Shown here in pieces: positions 47,981 through 57,647 of a DNA stretch of 64,000 nt. The notes beneath the pieces were generated by a model. The model ran no database searches. It was given only the letters and a program-made list of their open reading frames with translations, and had not been told where the DNA came from. The position numbers and the translations under genes were made by a program. Origin of the DNA: Spirochaetota bacterium (GTDB lineage: Bacteria > Spirochaetota > UBA4802 > UBA5550); the NCBI GenBank assembly GCA_963663865.1, contig OY760686.1, forward strand, positions 2,720,001 to 2,784,000, read 5' to 3'. Position 1 is the first letter of the stretch, and every line of letters begins with the position of its first letter.

Positions 47981-49147
47981 TTATGAGAGCAATCCCCTTA
48001 TCATATCCTTCACTTTTTCGCAGACATACTCAAGCTGTTCGCTGGTCAATCCGGCATACAGAGGGAGCGAGATGTTCCTTCTGAATACCCATTCGCAGCC
48101 CGGAAAGTTCTCAGGCTCATTATCTCCGCCAGCGTACGCCGAAAACCTGTACAGAGGAATAAAGTGAACACTGGTTTTAATGCCCTCTTCTCCGAGCAGT
48201 CTGACTGCTTCGTCAAGTTCAATATTCAGCAGATCGAAATCAAGCCTCAGAGGATACAGATGGTGCGCAGACATACGGTCAGCTCCAATAATGTATGGTA
48301 TAATGCCCTCCAAATCGGAAAGCTCTCTCCCATAAACCGAAGCAATCCTTTCCCGTTCTGCCAGCATTGTGCCGGCTTTCTTCAGCTGTTCAATCCCGAT
48401 AGATGAAGCGATGTCGGTGGTATTATACTTGTATCCGGTCTCCGAAACATCATAGCGCCAGGACCCATCGTTTGAATAACGCTTCCAGGCATCCGCGGTG
48501 ATTCCGTGAAGCCTCAAGCGCTTCATCCTCTCAAGCCAGTCCTGCCTTGCCGTAACGACCATACCGCCCTCTCCAGTCGTTATCGTCTTGGTGGCATAGA
48601 AGCTGAAGCAGACAGCGTCGCCATGTCTGCCGACCGGCAGTCCCCTGTACGACGCAGGGAAGGCGTGAGCGGCGTCCTCTATCACGAACAGGCCGTTTCT
48701 GCGCGCTATACTCATTATTTCATCCATATCGCAGGGCTGGCCGGAGTAGTGAACAGGTATGATCACCTTAGTCCGGTCAGTTATCTTCTTCTCAATATCC
48801 GCAGGATCGACAAGATGAGTTTCCGGATTTACGTCCGCCAGTACCGGAACAGCGCCGCAGTATTTTACTACTTCAGCCGTCGATACAAAAGTGAGCGCAG
48901 GAAGAATCACCTCATCACCCGGACCGACACCCGCGCAGATCAGCGCCAGGTGCAGTGCGGCTGTACAGGAATTGACCGCTACAGAGCCTAATCCTCCCCC
49001 CAAATAAGAAGAGAATGCCCTCTCAAACTCAAATGTCCGCTCGCCCATGGTAAGCCAGCCGTTTTTCATGCAGGCCGTTACCGCTTCTATTTCGTCTTCG
49101 CCAATATAAGGCCTGTGAAAAGGTATTGTCATTTTATTGGAATTCAT
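47981..49147 (-). CDS. DegT/DnrJ/EryC1/StrS aminotransferase
   Basis: GWLTMG, NSCTAALHL, EDAAHA, FSFYATKTITTGEGG. Confidence 0.9.
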   Translation of the reverse strand: MNSNKMTIPFHRPYIGEDEIEAVTACMKNGWLTMGERTFEFERAFSSYLGGGLGSVAVNSCTAALHLALICAGVGPGDEVILPALTFVSTAEVVKYCGAVPVLADVNPETHLVDPADIEKKITDRTKVIIPVHYSGQPCDMDEIMSIARRNGLFVIEDAAHAFPASYRGLPVGRHGDAVCFSFYATKTITTGEGGMVVTARQDWLERMKRLRLHGITADAWKRYSNDGSWRYDVSETGYKYNTTDIASSIGIEQLKKAGTMLAERERIASVYGRELSDLEGIIPYIIGADRMSAHHLYPLRLDFDLLNIELDEAVRLLGEEGIKTSVHFIPLYRFSAYAGGDNEPENFPGCEWVFRRNISLPLYAGLTSEQLEYVCEKVKDMIRGLLS

Positions 49148-49162
49148 AGTGTATCGCGGCGT

Positions 49163-50941
49163 TCAGCCCCCCTTGTATTCATCGTCCTTCCAGGTCCCTT
49201 TCAGGACAGTCCCATCAATATATCTCTTGTAGACACCGTTTCCGTGCCTGAGTCCGTCGCGCCATTTGCCTTCGTAAACATCATGATTTGAATAGAACAT
49301 GCGCCCGTCGCCCTGCATGTTATCCTTGACCCACTGTCCCCTGTAGATATTGCCGTTTGAAAATTGGTACTCACCCCGGCCGTGCATCAGGTCATCCTTC
49401 CATTCTCCGTCGTAGCGGTTGCCGGCCCATCTTGACTTCGGCCCGTGGACATACACGCCTCGGCCGCTTCTTCGGCCATTGTCCCACTCCCCGGTATAGA
49501 TATCGCTGTTCGCATAGACCATCTTCCCGTTTCCGTGAGGCTTCCCATTTCTCCAGGCTCCCTCGTAATAGTCACCGTTTTCGAATTTGAAGGCATGTAC
49601 ACCTTCCGAGTACGTAGGCCTGATTATTTTACTGTTATCGCCTCCCGACATAACACCTGCGGACCACCTTCCCTTTATCTCTTCGCCATTCGCGTATTTA
49701 TAGACGCCCTCGCCGTGCATCTCTCCGTTAACCCAGCTTCCATTGTAAACATCGCCATTGGCAAATCTCATGGTACCCCGTCCGTGCATATTGTCTGCCG
49801 ACCATTCCCCCGTATAGCGGTTCCCATTGGAATAGGAGTAAGAGCCGTTGCCGTGCATCTTGTCTTCTCTCCACTCCCCTGTATATGCATTGCCGGCCCA
49901 CCGGGACCCTTCAAGGTATTCCAGTCTGCCCTTGCCGTTTCTTTTGCCGTCCTCCCACTCTCCGTTGTATACAGATTTATCGGAGTATGTCATTGTTCCA
50001 TTACCTCCCGGCTTACCGTTCTTCCACTCTCCGCTGTAGGTATTGCCGTTATCAAAGATAAAGGTGTGGATACCGCTCTCCCATTTCCCCGCGTCGTCGG
50101 GAACAACCTCGGAAAGCCTTACTCCATACTTCCAGATCCCTTTAATTGCCGAGCCATTGCTCATCGCAAGAACGCCTTCGCCATGCTCCATATCGTTTTC
50201 CCATATTCCGCGAAAAACATCACCGGAGGCATATCGCATTTCTCCCGGGCCGTTCATCATGCCGTTTTCCCACCGGCCGGTATACACATTTCCGTTTTTG
50301 AACTTATATGTACCGGAACCTTCCATAAGGTCTCTGTTCCATTCGCCCTCGTATCTTTCTCCGTTAGCGAACTCCATGACTCCCGTCCCGTTCTTAACAC
50401 CGTTTCTCCACTCCCCGGAATAGCGGTTGCCGTTTGAATAGAAGTATTCGCCCCGACCGTGCATTTTATCGTTCTTCCAACCGCCGGAATAGCGGTTGCC
50501 GGCCCAGCGGCTCTTCTCTCCCAGCACATACTCACCGGCAGTTTTCCATCCGCCTGACCACTGGCCCTTGTAGATCGAACCGTCATAGTAGGTCATTTCG
50601 CCATAACCGTCCATGAAGTCATTTTTCCAGCGCCCTTTATAAACTGTGCCGTCTGCGAAATAATATGTCCCGTACCCGTCGCGTTTATCCTCTTTCCATT
50701 CACCGGCGTATTTGTTTCCCGCCCATTGAGAATCGTAACCCAGGACGAAGACCCCGTAACCATGCCGCATATCGTCCTTCCAGTCACCGATATACTTATT
50801 GCCGTTGTGATAGAGATAGTAGCCCCGCCCGTGTCTGAGCCCTTTGTTGTATTCTCCAACATATCTGCCGGAACAGGAACACAGCACTGCCGTAAGAAAC
50901 AAAGCGCAGAGAAAAATTGCTCTGTATGCGTGGCTCTTCAT
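49163..50941 (-). CDS. MORN-repeat lipoprotein
   Basis: Signal ending VLCSC; about 20 YxGxWxxxxxxGxG MORN units. Confidence 0.88.
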   Translation of the reverse strand: MKSHAYRAIFLCALFLTAVLCSCSGRYVGEYNKGLRHGRGYYLYHNGNKYIGDWKDDMRHGYGVFVLGYDSQWAGNKYAGEWKEDKRDGYGTYYFADGTVYKGRWKNDFMDGYGEMTYYDGSIYKGQWSGGWKTAGEYVLGEKSRWAGNRYSGGWKNDKMHGRGEYFYSNGNRYSGEWRNGVKNGTGVMEFANGERYEGEWNRDLMEGSGTYKFKNGNVYTGRWENGMMNGPGEMRYASGDVFRGIWENDMEHGEGVLAMSNGSAIKGIWKYGVRLSEVVPDDAGKWESGIHTFIFDNGNTYSGEWKNGKPGGNGTMTYSDKSVYNGEWEDGKRNGKGRLEYLEGSRWAGNAYTGEWREDKMHGNGSYSYSNGNRYTGEWSADNMHGRGTMRFANGDVYNGSWVNGEMHGEGVYKYANGEEIKGRWSAGVMSGGDNSKIIRPTYSEGVHAFKFENGDYYEGAWRNGKPHGNGKMVYANSDIYTGEWDNGRRSGRGVYVHGPKSRWAGNRYDGEWKDDLMHGRGEYQFSNGNIYRGQWVKDNMQGDGRMFYSNHDVYEGKWRDGLRHGNGVYKRYIDGTVLKGTWKDDEYKGG

Positions 50942-50967
50942 TCTGAATCCCTGCCCGGAAACGGGGC

Positions 50968-52011
50968 TTAATTTTTGTAGTAGCTGATATACCAGTTTAC
51001 AAATTTTTCAACACCGTCTTCAATTCTCGTTGAAGGCCGATAGCCGAAATCCCTCTCAAGCGGGGAAACATCCGCGTAGGTAGCGTAAACATCACCGGGC
51101 TGCATCGGCATAAGGTTCACTTCCGCCTTACGCCCCATGGCTTTTTCTATGGCCGAAACAAAGTCAAGAAGCTTAACCGGCGAATTGTTGCCTATATTGT
51201 AGATCCGGTACGGAGCTGAGTGATCCTGAGAAGTCTTCCCGTCATTCGAGGCCTCTGATCCCGGCGGGCTGTCGATTACCCTTACTACCCCTTCAATGAT
51301 GTCATCAATATAGGTAAAGTCCCGCTTCATATCTCCGTAGTTATAGAGGTCAATTTTACGCCCTTCTGCAATAGCTTTGACAAAAAGAAAGCAGGCCATA
51401 TCAGGGCGTCCCCATGGGCCATACACGGTAAAGAATCTCAGACCCGTAGCCGGTACCGCGTAAAGATGGCTGTAGGTATGGGCCATTAGCTCGTTGGCCT
51501 TTTTAGTTGCGGCGTATAGACTCGCCGGTCTGTCAACGCAGTCCTCAACGGAAAAAGGAATTTTACTGTTGAGTCCGTACACAGAGGAGCTGCTGGCATA
51601 AACCAGATGCCCGGTTCCGTAATGTCTGCAGCATTCAAGAACATTCATGAATCCGATGATATTGGCGTCGATATAGGCATGAGGGTTTTGCAGGGAATAC
51701 CTGACTCCAGCCTGCGCGGCCAGATTGCATACCGCGTCAAAAGAGTGCTGCCGGAACAGCGACTCCATGGCCTCGCGGTCCTCAAGGTTGACTTTCATGA
51801 AGGAATAAGCGCTGTATTTTGAGGATGATACCGGCACACCGTATTCAAACGGACCCTCTATTCCAGCCTCTGTCAGTCTCGCGTGTTTTAGTAACACGTC
51901 GTAGTAGTCATTAATGCTGTCAACACCTACGACTTCATCCCCCCTTTCAAGAAGCCTTCGCGCAAGATAATATCCGATAAAACCGGCCGTCCCGGTAACA
52001 AGAATTTTCAT
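50968..52011 (-). CDS. NAD-dependent epimerase, UDP-glucuronate 4-epimerase type
   Basis: GTAGFIG, NLAAQAGVRYS, YAATKK, FFTVYGPWGRPDM, MQPGDV. Confidence 0.9.
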   Translation of the reverse strand: MKILVTGTAGFIGYYLARRLLERGDEVVGVDSINDYYDVLLKHARLTEAGIEGPFEYGVPVSSSKYSAYSFMKVNLEDREAMESLFRQHSFDAVCNLAAQAGVRYSLQNPHAYIDANIIGFMNVLECCRHYGTGHLVYASSSSVYGLNSKIPFSVEDCVDRPASLYAATKKANELMAHTYSHLYAVPATGLRFFTVYGPWGRPDMACFLFVKAIAEGRKIDLYNYGDMKRDFTYIDDIIEGVVRVIDSPPGSEASNDGKTSQDHSAPYRIYNIGNNSPVKLLDFVSAIEKAMGRKAEVNLMPMQPGDVYATYADVSPLERDFGYRPSTRIEDGVEKFVNWYISYYKN

Positions 52012-53339
52012 TTAACAGCAACACCTATCTGATAGTATTCAAAGCCGAGTTCTTCAAGACGGGATGTGTTAAACTGGTTCCTTCCGTCAAAAATAACCGG
52101 TTCTTTCATTCTCTTTTTAATTTCATCAAAGTCCGGACTTCTGAACTCCTTCCACTCTGTGATCAGAAGCATGGCATCGCAGTCGTTGACAGCGGTGTAC
52201 TTGCTGTCAAAGTACTCAAGGTTCTCAAGGCCCTTAAGATAGCATCGCCTGGCCTGCTCCACAGCCTTGGGATCGTGGGCTCTGATTTTGGCTCCTCTGG
52301 CAACAAGCTCTCTTATTATGTAGATGCTTGGAGCCTCTCTCATATCGTCTGTTCCGGGCTTGAAAGCCAGCCCCCACACCGCAAAGGTTTTACCCGCCAG
52401 GTTTTCACCGAAACGCCTGACGACCTTTTCAACAAGCACAAGCTTCTGGCGGGCGTTTACCTCTTCAACTGATTTGATAAGCGCCGGCGTATAACCTGTG
52501 TCAGCCGCGGCCTTGATGAGGGCCTGAACGTCCTTCGGAAAACAACTGCCTCCGTAGCCGCATCCGGGGTATATAAAGCTGTATCCAATCCTGCTGTCAC
52601 TGCCTATTCCAGCGCGCACCATGTTCACATCGGCGCCCAGCCTCTCGCAGATATTTGCTATCTCGTTCATAAAGCTAATTTTTGTAGCGAGCATTGCATT
52701 AGCTGTGTATTTCGTCATTTCGGCGCTTCTGACATCCATTGCGACAAACCTCGAATGGTTAACCGTAAACGGGGCATAGAGCTCCTTCATAATATCAAGC
52801 GCCCTCTCATTGTCCGAACCGATTATTACACGATCAGGCTTCATGCAGTCAGCCACCGCGGCTCCCTCTTTTAGGAACTCCGGATTGCTGACAACATCGA
52901 ACTTCAGTTCCGACTTCCTGATATCCAGCTCATCCTGCACTGTTTTTCTAACGAGATCGGCAGTCCCCACCGGAACCGTGGATTTATCCACAATAATCAT
53001 ATCATGAACCATAAATCTTCCGATAGACTTTGCCACCTCAAGCACATATTTCAGATCCGCGCTTCCATCCTCACCCATGGGAGTACCTACGGCAATAAAA
53101 GCTATTGAGGTTTTCTGAAGCGCCTCTGATATATCTGTCGTGAAATTGAGAGTTCCCTTCCGGGTGTTTTCCAGAACCATGTCCTCAAGCCCAGGTTCGT
53201 AAATGGGGATTACGCCTTTTTTCAGGCCTTCAATCTTTCCGGTGTCAGTGTCGACGCAAAAAACGGTGTTTCCCATCTCCGCGAAGCATGTCCCCGAGAC
53301 CAGCCCCACATAACCCGTGCCAACTATTGTGAGTTTCAT
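52008..53339 (-). CDS. ugd: UDP-glucose 6-dehydrogenase
   Basis: GTGYVG, KSTVPVGT, SNPEFLKEG, GYGGSCFPKD, AFKPGTDDMRE. Confidence 0.92.
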   Translation of the reverse strand: MKLTIVGTGYVGLVSGTCFAEMGNTVFCVDTDTGKIEGLKKGVIPIYEPGLEDMVLENTRKGTLNFTTDISEALQKTSIAFIAVGTPMGEDGSADLKYVLEVAKSIGRFMVHDMIIVDKSTVPVGTADLVRKTVQDELDIRKSELKFDVVSNPEFLKEGAAVADCMKPDRVIIGSDNERALDIMKELYAPFTVNHSRFVAMDVRSAEMTKYTANAMLATKISFMNEIANICERLGADVNMVRAGIGSDSRIGYSFIYPGCGYGGSCFPKDVQALIKAAADTGYTPALIKSVEEVNARQKLVLVEKVVRRFGENLAGKTFAVWGLAFKPGTDDMREAPSIYIIRELVARGAKIRAHDPKAVEQARRCYLKGLENLEYFDSKYTAVNDCDAMLLITEWKEFRSPDFDEIKKRMKEPVIFDGRNQFNTSRLEELGFEYYQIGVAVK

Positions 53340-53515
53340 GTTATATCTCCAATTTTCGTTTATTCAGTTAATTATATCCGGGAAATCCGCTTCTCATCCG
53401 CGCCCGGGTGAGAATATTCGGTTTGCCGATTTTGCCGGAAAATCCGTCAGCATCACGAATATTATACTCATATTTTGATAGGGAGGATTTGTAAACGATA
53501 TTTTCATGAGGGCCG

Positions 53516-55090
53516 TTAAGGGTGAAAGCAGTCCTGTTCAACGGCAAACTTGTATAAGCAGGCCTTTTTATCCAGTTTCCCGCTGCCTGTTTTGGGAAGC
53601 GTGGCGGCGATATAAATCACTGCAGGCATGGAATATGCCGGCAGCATCGGAGAAAGCGCCCTTTTCAGCTGTTCGCTGCCGGTTTCGGCCTCGACTGGAG
53701 AAGCAAACAGCAGAATTCTCTTACCCATAAGCTCGTCATTAACCGCGGCGGCTGCCGCCTCTACGACGAGCCCGGTTGCGTAAGCAGCGGCTTCAACGTC
53801 CTTCAGATTTACACGGTGGCCCCCGCATTTTATAAGGTCATCTGAACGGCCGGTTACGTATAAGAAGCCGTCTCCATCCTCATAACCGATATCGCCCGTA
53901 AAGTACCAGCCGCCCTTCAGGACTGACGCGGTAAGCTCCGGGTCATTCCAGTACCCCTTCATAATATTGGCACCCCTCGCGGCAAGCATGCCCTGTTTCC
54001 CTGCCGGACATTCCCGGCCGTCATCGCCGACTACTTTCACTTCAACCCCGTCAATCGGAATGCCTATCGACTCAATTTTTTCATTAAAATAACGCGGGGG
54101 CATAACTGTCAGCCTGGCTGAAGCCTCTGTAGCTCCGTACATTATGTATATATCCGTATGTTCAGGAAGTGCCTCTCTCAGGGCTTTTTTAACGTTCACC
54201 GGCATGTGTCCGCCGGCCTGAGAGCAGTATCGAAGACCGGGAAGCCTGTCCCTGTATGACCGCAGCGGAGACCTGTTGAGAAGATATGCATAAGTGGAAG
54301 GCACCCCCGAAAAGGCGGTAACTCCCTCCTCGGCCATTTCCTTAAGAACCGCTGCGGGATAGGCGAATGAGTTGTTTATTACGATTCTCGCTCCAGCGGC
54401 GATGTGGGTGTTTAGAAGCGATTTGCCCATAGCGTAGTAAAACGGAAGAACAACCATCTGCACATCATCCGGGGTAATATTGAGAGCAGATATTATTGAG
54501 CGGGTATTAGCCGACACCGCCTCATGTGTCAGCATAACTCCCCTGGGGCCTCCGGTAGAACCCGACGTGTAAAGAAAAGAGCACACAGAATCGGGCTCGC
54601 AGTCTTTCATCGGGTTCGCTGCCGGCATAGAACTTTCAAGCTCTCTGTATTTTATCACATCAGCGCCCTCAATATGGAGGGCTTCATCATCAGTAACGAC
54701 AGTGTTTATTCCTGACTCAGGCAAGAGCAGCTGAGGCAGCATCGCCGAAAAGGAAGCCGAAGTAAAGAGCACACGGGCCTGCAGGTCGGTTATAACAGCG
54801 CTGAGCCTTTCCGGAGGCTCTCCGGCATTCAGCGCGACCGCGATACAGCCCGCCTTCATAATCCCGTAGTATACCGCCATGTACCGGAAGCTGTTGTGGA
54901 GAAGGAAGGCCGCCCGCGAACCGGGTTCATAACCGTTCCTGATATGAAACCACGCATAGCTGTTTGCGAGTTCATTAAGCTCTCTATACGATATCCTTTG
55001 ACCGCCGCACACAGCCGCCGTCTTTTCCGGACAGGCTTCAGCGCTTTTTTCAAGGAAGCCGTGAACTCTCTCACCAGCGTTATTATGCAT
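53516..55090 (-). CDS. AMP-forming acyl/aminoacyl ligase (class I adenylate-forming enzyme)
   Basis: YTSGSTGGPRGV, YGATEA, TGD, GRSDDLIK, LPKTGSGK. Confidence 0.88.
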   Translation of the reverse strand: MHNNAGERVHGFLEKSAEACPEKTAAVCGGQRISYRELNELANSYAWFHIRNGYEPGSRAAFLLHNSFRYMAVYYGIMKAGCIAVALNAGEPPERLSAVITDLQARVLFTSASFSAMLPQLLLPESGINTVVTDDEALHIEGADVIKYRELESSMPAANPMKDCEPDSVCSFLYTSGSTGGPRGVMLTHEAVSANTRSIISALNITPDDVQMVVLPFYYAMGKSLLNTHIAAGARIVINNSFAYPAAVLKEMAEEGVTAFSGVPSTYAYLLNRSPLRSYRDRLPGLRYCSQAGGHMPVNVKKALREALPEHTDIYIMYGATEASARLTVMPPRYFNEKIESIGIPIDGVEVKVVGDDGRECPAGKQGMLAARGANIMKGYWNDPELTASVLKGGWYFTGDIGYEDGDGFLYVTGRSDDLIKCGGHRVNLKDVEAAAYATGLVVEAAAAAVNDELMGKRILLFASPVEAETGSEQLKRALSPMLPAYSMPAVIYIAATLPKTGSGKLDKKACLYKFAVEQDCFHP

Positions 55091-55165
55091 TGTAACCCCT
55101 TCAGGCATTTTTCAGGAATATTGAGCACCCAATAAATGCGGTCAAGATAAAAAGCCGGTGCACAA

Positions 55166-55852
55166 TCACTTGGTTTCCTTAAAGAGAAATTTTACCGGAT
55201 GTTTTTTCAGTTCGACTGAAATCTCATCGAGCGTGGCAGAGGTCTTCCTGAGCGTCTGAAGGGTTTCGATTATATCCTTCTGAGAACCGTCAAGGATTGT
55301 GTTGATACTTGTAATCCCCCCCACAAGTCCGTCCGTAATAGCTCTGATATTGGTTCTGCTTTCACCCAAAATTGAGTGAGCTTCCGAAGCAGTAAGGTTC
55401 AGCCTGACCAGAAGCTGCTCAAGGTGGACAAGGATGGCAGTCAGCCCGGCATATTCAATCCCCTCAATCACATCGCCGTTAAGAAGAGGGGCTGACCTGA
55501 TGTCAGGATTGCTAATCTCAATTGCCGGGTCACCTAGAACATTCTGGTTCTGAATAACGGCTGTGCAGTCTTCGTACAGTTCAATATCTCTGCTAATCCG
55601 CATGGTCGCGAGGAAGTGAAGCACAGGCTTGTAGACAGGCTTTGCTTCAACGACGCGGCCTATCTGATAACCCTTTATCATAACCGGGGTGCCTTTCTTG
55701 ACCGAAGAAAGGCTGTCGACTTTCAAATAGACATCTATCGTAGAAGTGAAAAGTGAATAACCCAGCTTCAGCATGACAATCATTACGATTGCCACGACAG
55801 GAATGAGAACAAAGAGTCCCACCCGGAGTTCATTTTTTTCTATTTTCCTCAT
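55166..55852 (-). CDS. mlaD: MCE/MlaD family protein
   Basis: ELRVGLF TM, GTPVMIKGYQIGRV, helical tail ending HPVKFLF. Confidence 0.8.
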   Translation of the reverse strand: MRKIEKNELRVGLFVLIPVVAIVMIVMLKLGYSLFTSTIDVYLKVDSLSSVKKGTPVMIKGYQIGRVVEAKPVYKPVLHFLATMRISRDIELYEDCTAVIQNQNVLGDPAIEISNPDIRSAPLLNGDVIEGIEYAGLTAILVHLEQLLVRLNLTASEAHSILGESRTNIRAITDGLVGGITSINTILDGSQKDIIETLQTLRKTSATLDEISVELKKHPVKFLFKETK

Positions 55853-55901
55853 ATTGTATTCCAGTAAATCAGCTCATTCTTATCGTTTCGATATGTGTGG
55901 T

Positions 55902-56669
55902 TCAAAGTATCACCATGGGGCCCTTTGCCGACCTTTCCCGGTACTGTTTAATGTACAAATTGTCAGATCCCAGAAATTCGTCCCTGTTACCCTCAAAAAC
56001 CACCCTGCCGGCAAAAAACATAACAAATCTATCTGAAATTTCAAGAAACTTTTCAGGCCTGAATGTAACAAAGATCATTGACTTGCTGCTGTCAGCCGCC
56101 CTCTCGGAAAGTTTTTCTCTGAATGAATGGACATTCAGCGGCGACTGCCCCTCAAGAATGTGCTGAAGGAAAAGGACATCGGGATCAAGCGCTATCGCCC
56201 TCGCGTAAGCCGTCCTCAGAGATTCCGAAGGGGATAAGTCAATAGGCCGGTTTTTCTTGCAGTAGTCAAGATTCATCTCGTCAATCAGGTGATTAACCCT
56301 GCTCTTGATCTCCGGAGCCATGAGGTTGGAGTGATACTGAAGAGGCAGTCCGATATTCGCTTCCACGCTCATGTTGCTGATAAGGCCGTATCCCTGGTGG
56401 ACGTAGCCTATCCTGCTCCTGTAGTTATACGTCTCAAGATAGTCAAAGTCCCTGATGCTTCGGCCCATAAAGAAAATATCACCAGTTATATCCTTCTCAA
56501 ATCCCATCAGAGAGACAAGAATCGATCCAATTCCGGAATTCTCAGTTCCAAAAAAAACAATTCGCTCTCCCCTCTTTAACGAAAAGCTCAGGTTCTTGAC
56601 GGCCTTGTTACCGTCTACTTTAATTGTAAGGTCCTCAGCCCTGATCAGTTCTTCATTTGCCACGCTCAT
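55902..56669 (-). CDS. mlaF: MlaF-like ABC ATP-binding protein with degenerate catalytic motifs
   Basis: ABC fold motifs (RIGYVHQ, LISNMSVEANIGLPL, ARAIALDPD) and position between mlaE and mlaD. Confidence 0.7.
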   Translation of the reverse strand: MSVANEELIRAEDLTIKVDGNKAVKNLSFSLKRGERIVFFGTENSGIGSILVSLMGFEKDITGDIFFMGRSIRDFDYLETYNYRSRIGYVHQGYGLISNMSVEANIGLPLQYHSNLMAPEIKSRVNHLIDEMNLDYCKKNRPIDLSPSESLRTAYARAIALDPDVLFLQHILEGQSPLNVHSFREKLSERAADSSKSMIFVTFRPEKFLEISDRFVMFFAGRVVFEGNRDEFLGSDNLYIKQYRERSAKGPMVIL

Positions 56670-56678
56670 TCTCCGTTC

Positions 56679-57485
56679 TCAGACATAAAACAACAGCGAA
56701 ACCGCCATATTTATAACTACGATCACGGCAAATGTCTTTATTACAGCGCTCGACACAAAGATCGGCACCTCGAATTTGGATTTAGGCTTGAATCCGTAGT
56801 AACAGCAAATCAGCGGTATAAGAATGCCGTATATCACACTCTTAAGCAAAGTCGCTATGAGATCTTTCAGGCTGAAAGAGTCAAGCAGCGCCTGAAAAAA
56901 AACATCAATCGGCATGTAGACCGATATCTTTGATATAAGAAAACCGCCCGCGAATGCAACAAGGTCAAAAAGCACAATAAGTGAAAAGATTGAGATTATA
57001 CTGGCCGCTATTCTCGGGAAGACTATGTAGAGCTTGGTGTCAATGCCCATTATCTCAAGTGAAAGTATCTCGCCGCTCTGCTTCTGTGTCGCCAGCTCGG
57101 CCGTGATGGCTGAACCGGAGCGTCCGACAACGATAAGAGCGGTTACAAGCGGCCCCAGCTCGCGCGCAATGATTATAACCATCATATTGCCGAGAAAGCC
57201 CTCAATGCCGAACTTGGGGAGCGATGTCATAGACTGAATAATTACTGTCGCGCCTGCAAGCAGCGCTATGAAAAAAACAAAAGGAAGCGCGTCTATCCCG
57301 GTAAACCTGGTCTGATTGAGAATGGTGCCGTAAACAGACCTGAACTTCAGATACCTGAAGGACCTGAAGGAAACAACAATGGACTTTAGATAGTCCCTGA
57401 AGTCCCTTACCCCCCTGTACGTCATGATGACCTTTCTGCCTGCGTACGCCGCCGTCCGAGTTAGTCCCATCACAAAATCCGCCAA
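56679..57485 (-). CDS. mlaE: MlaE-family ABC permease
   Basis: RELGPLVTALIVVGRSGSAITAELA, VFPRI. Confidence 0.88.
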   Translation of the reverse strand: MADFVMGLTRTAAYAGRKVIMTYRGVRDFRDYLKSIVVSFRSFRYLKFRSVYGTILNQTRFTGIDALPFVFFIALLAGATVIIQSMTSLPKFGIEGFLGNMMVIIIARELGPLVTALIVVGRSGSAITAELATQKQSGEILSLEIMGIDTKLYIVFPRIAASIISIFSLIVLFDLVAFAGGFLISKISVYMPIDVFFQALLDSFSLKDLIATLLKSVIYGILIPLICCYYGFKPKSKFEVPIFVSSAVIKTFAVIVVINMAVSLLFYV

Positions 57486-57647
57486 AGATTAATATTGGGA
57501 TACTCTATCGCGGCATCCGCTATCAGTAAAGAAATAAAACCCGGGGTTCAAATCAAAAATGTATTGATGAAAAAAACGCCTCCGGAGTAACCTCCGGACA
57601 GGTTTTAACAGAAAGCCTGAAATCTCATTCACAGACCGGGACTTTTA

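Noticed and set aside
49445-50437. 330-aa plus-strand ORF
   Set aside because: Antisense shadow of the repetitive MORN gene.
53370-53450. GC-rich stems upstream of ugd as a riboswitch
   Set aside because: One hairpin (TTCTCATCCG/CGGGTGAGAA) without a recognisable aptamer consensus.
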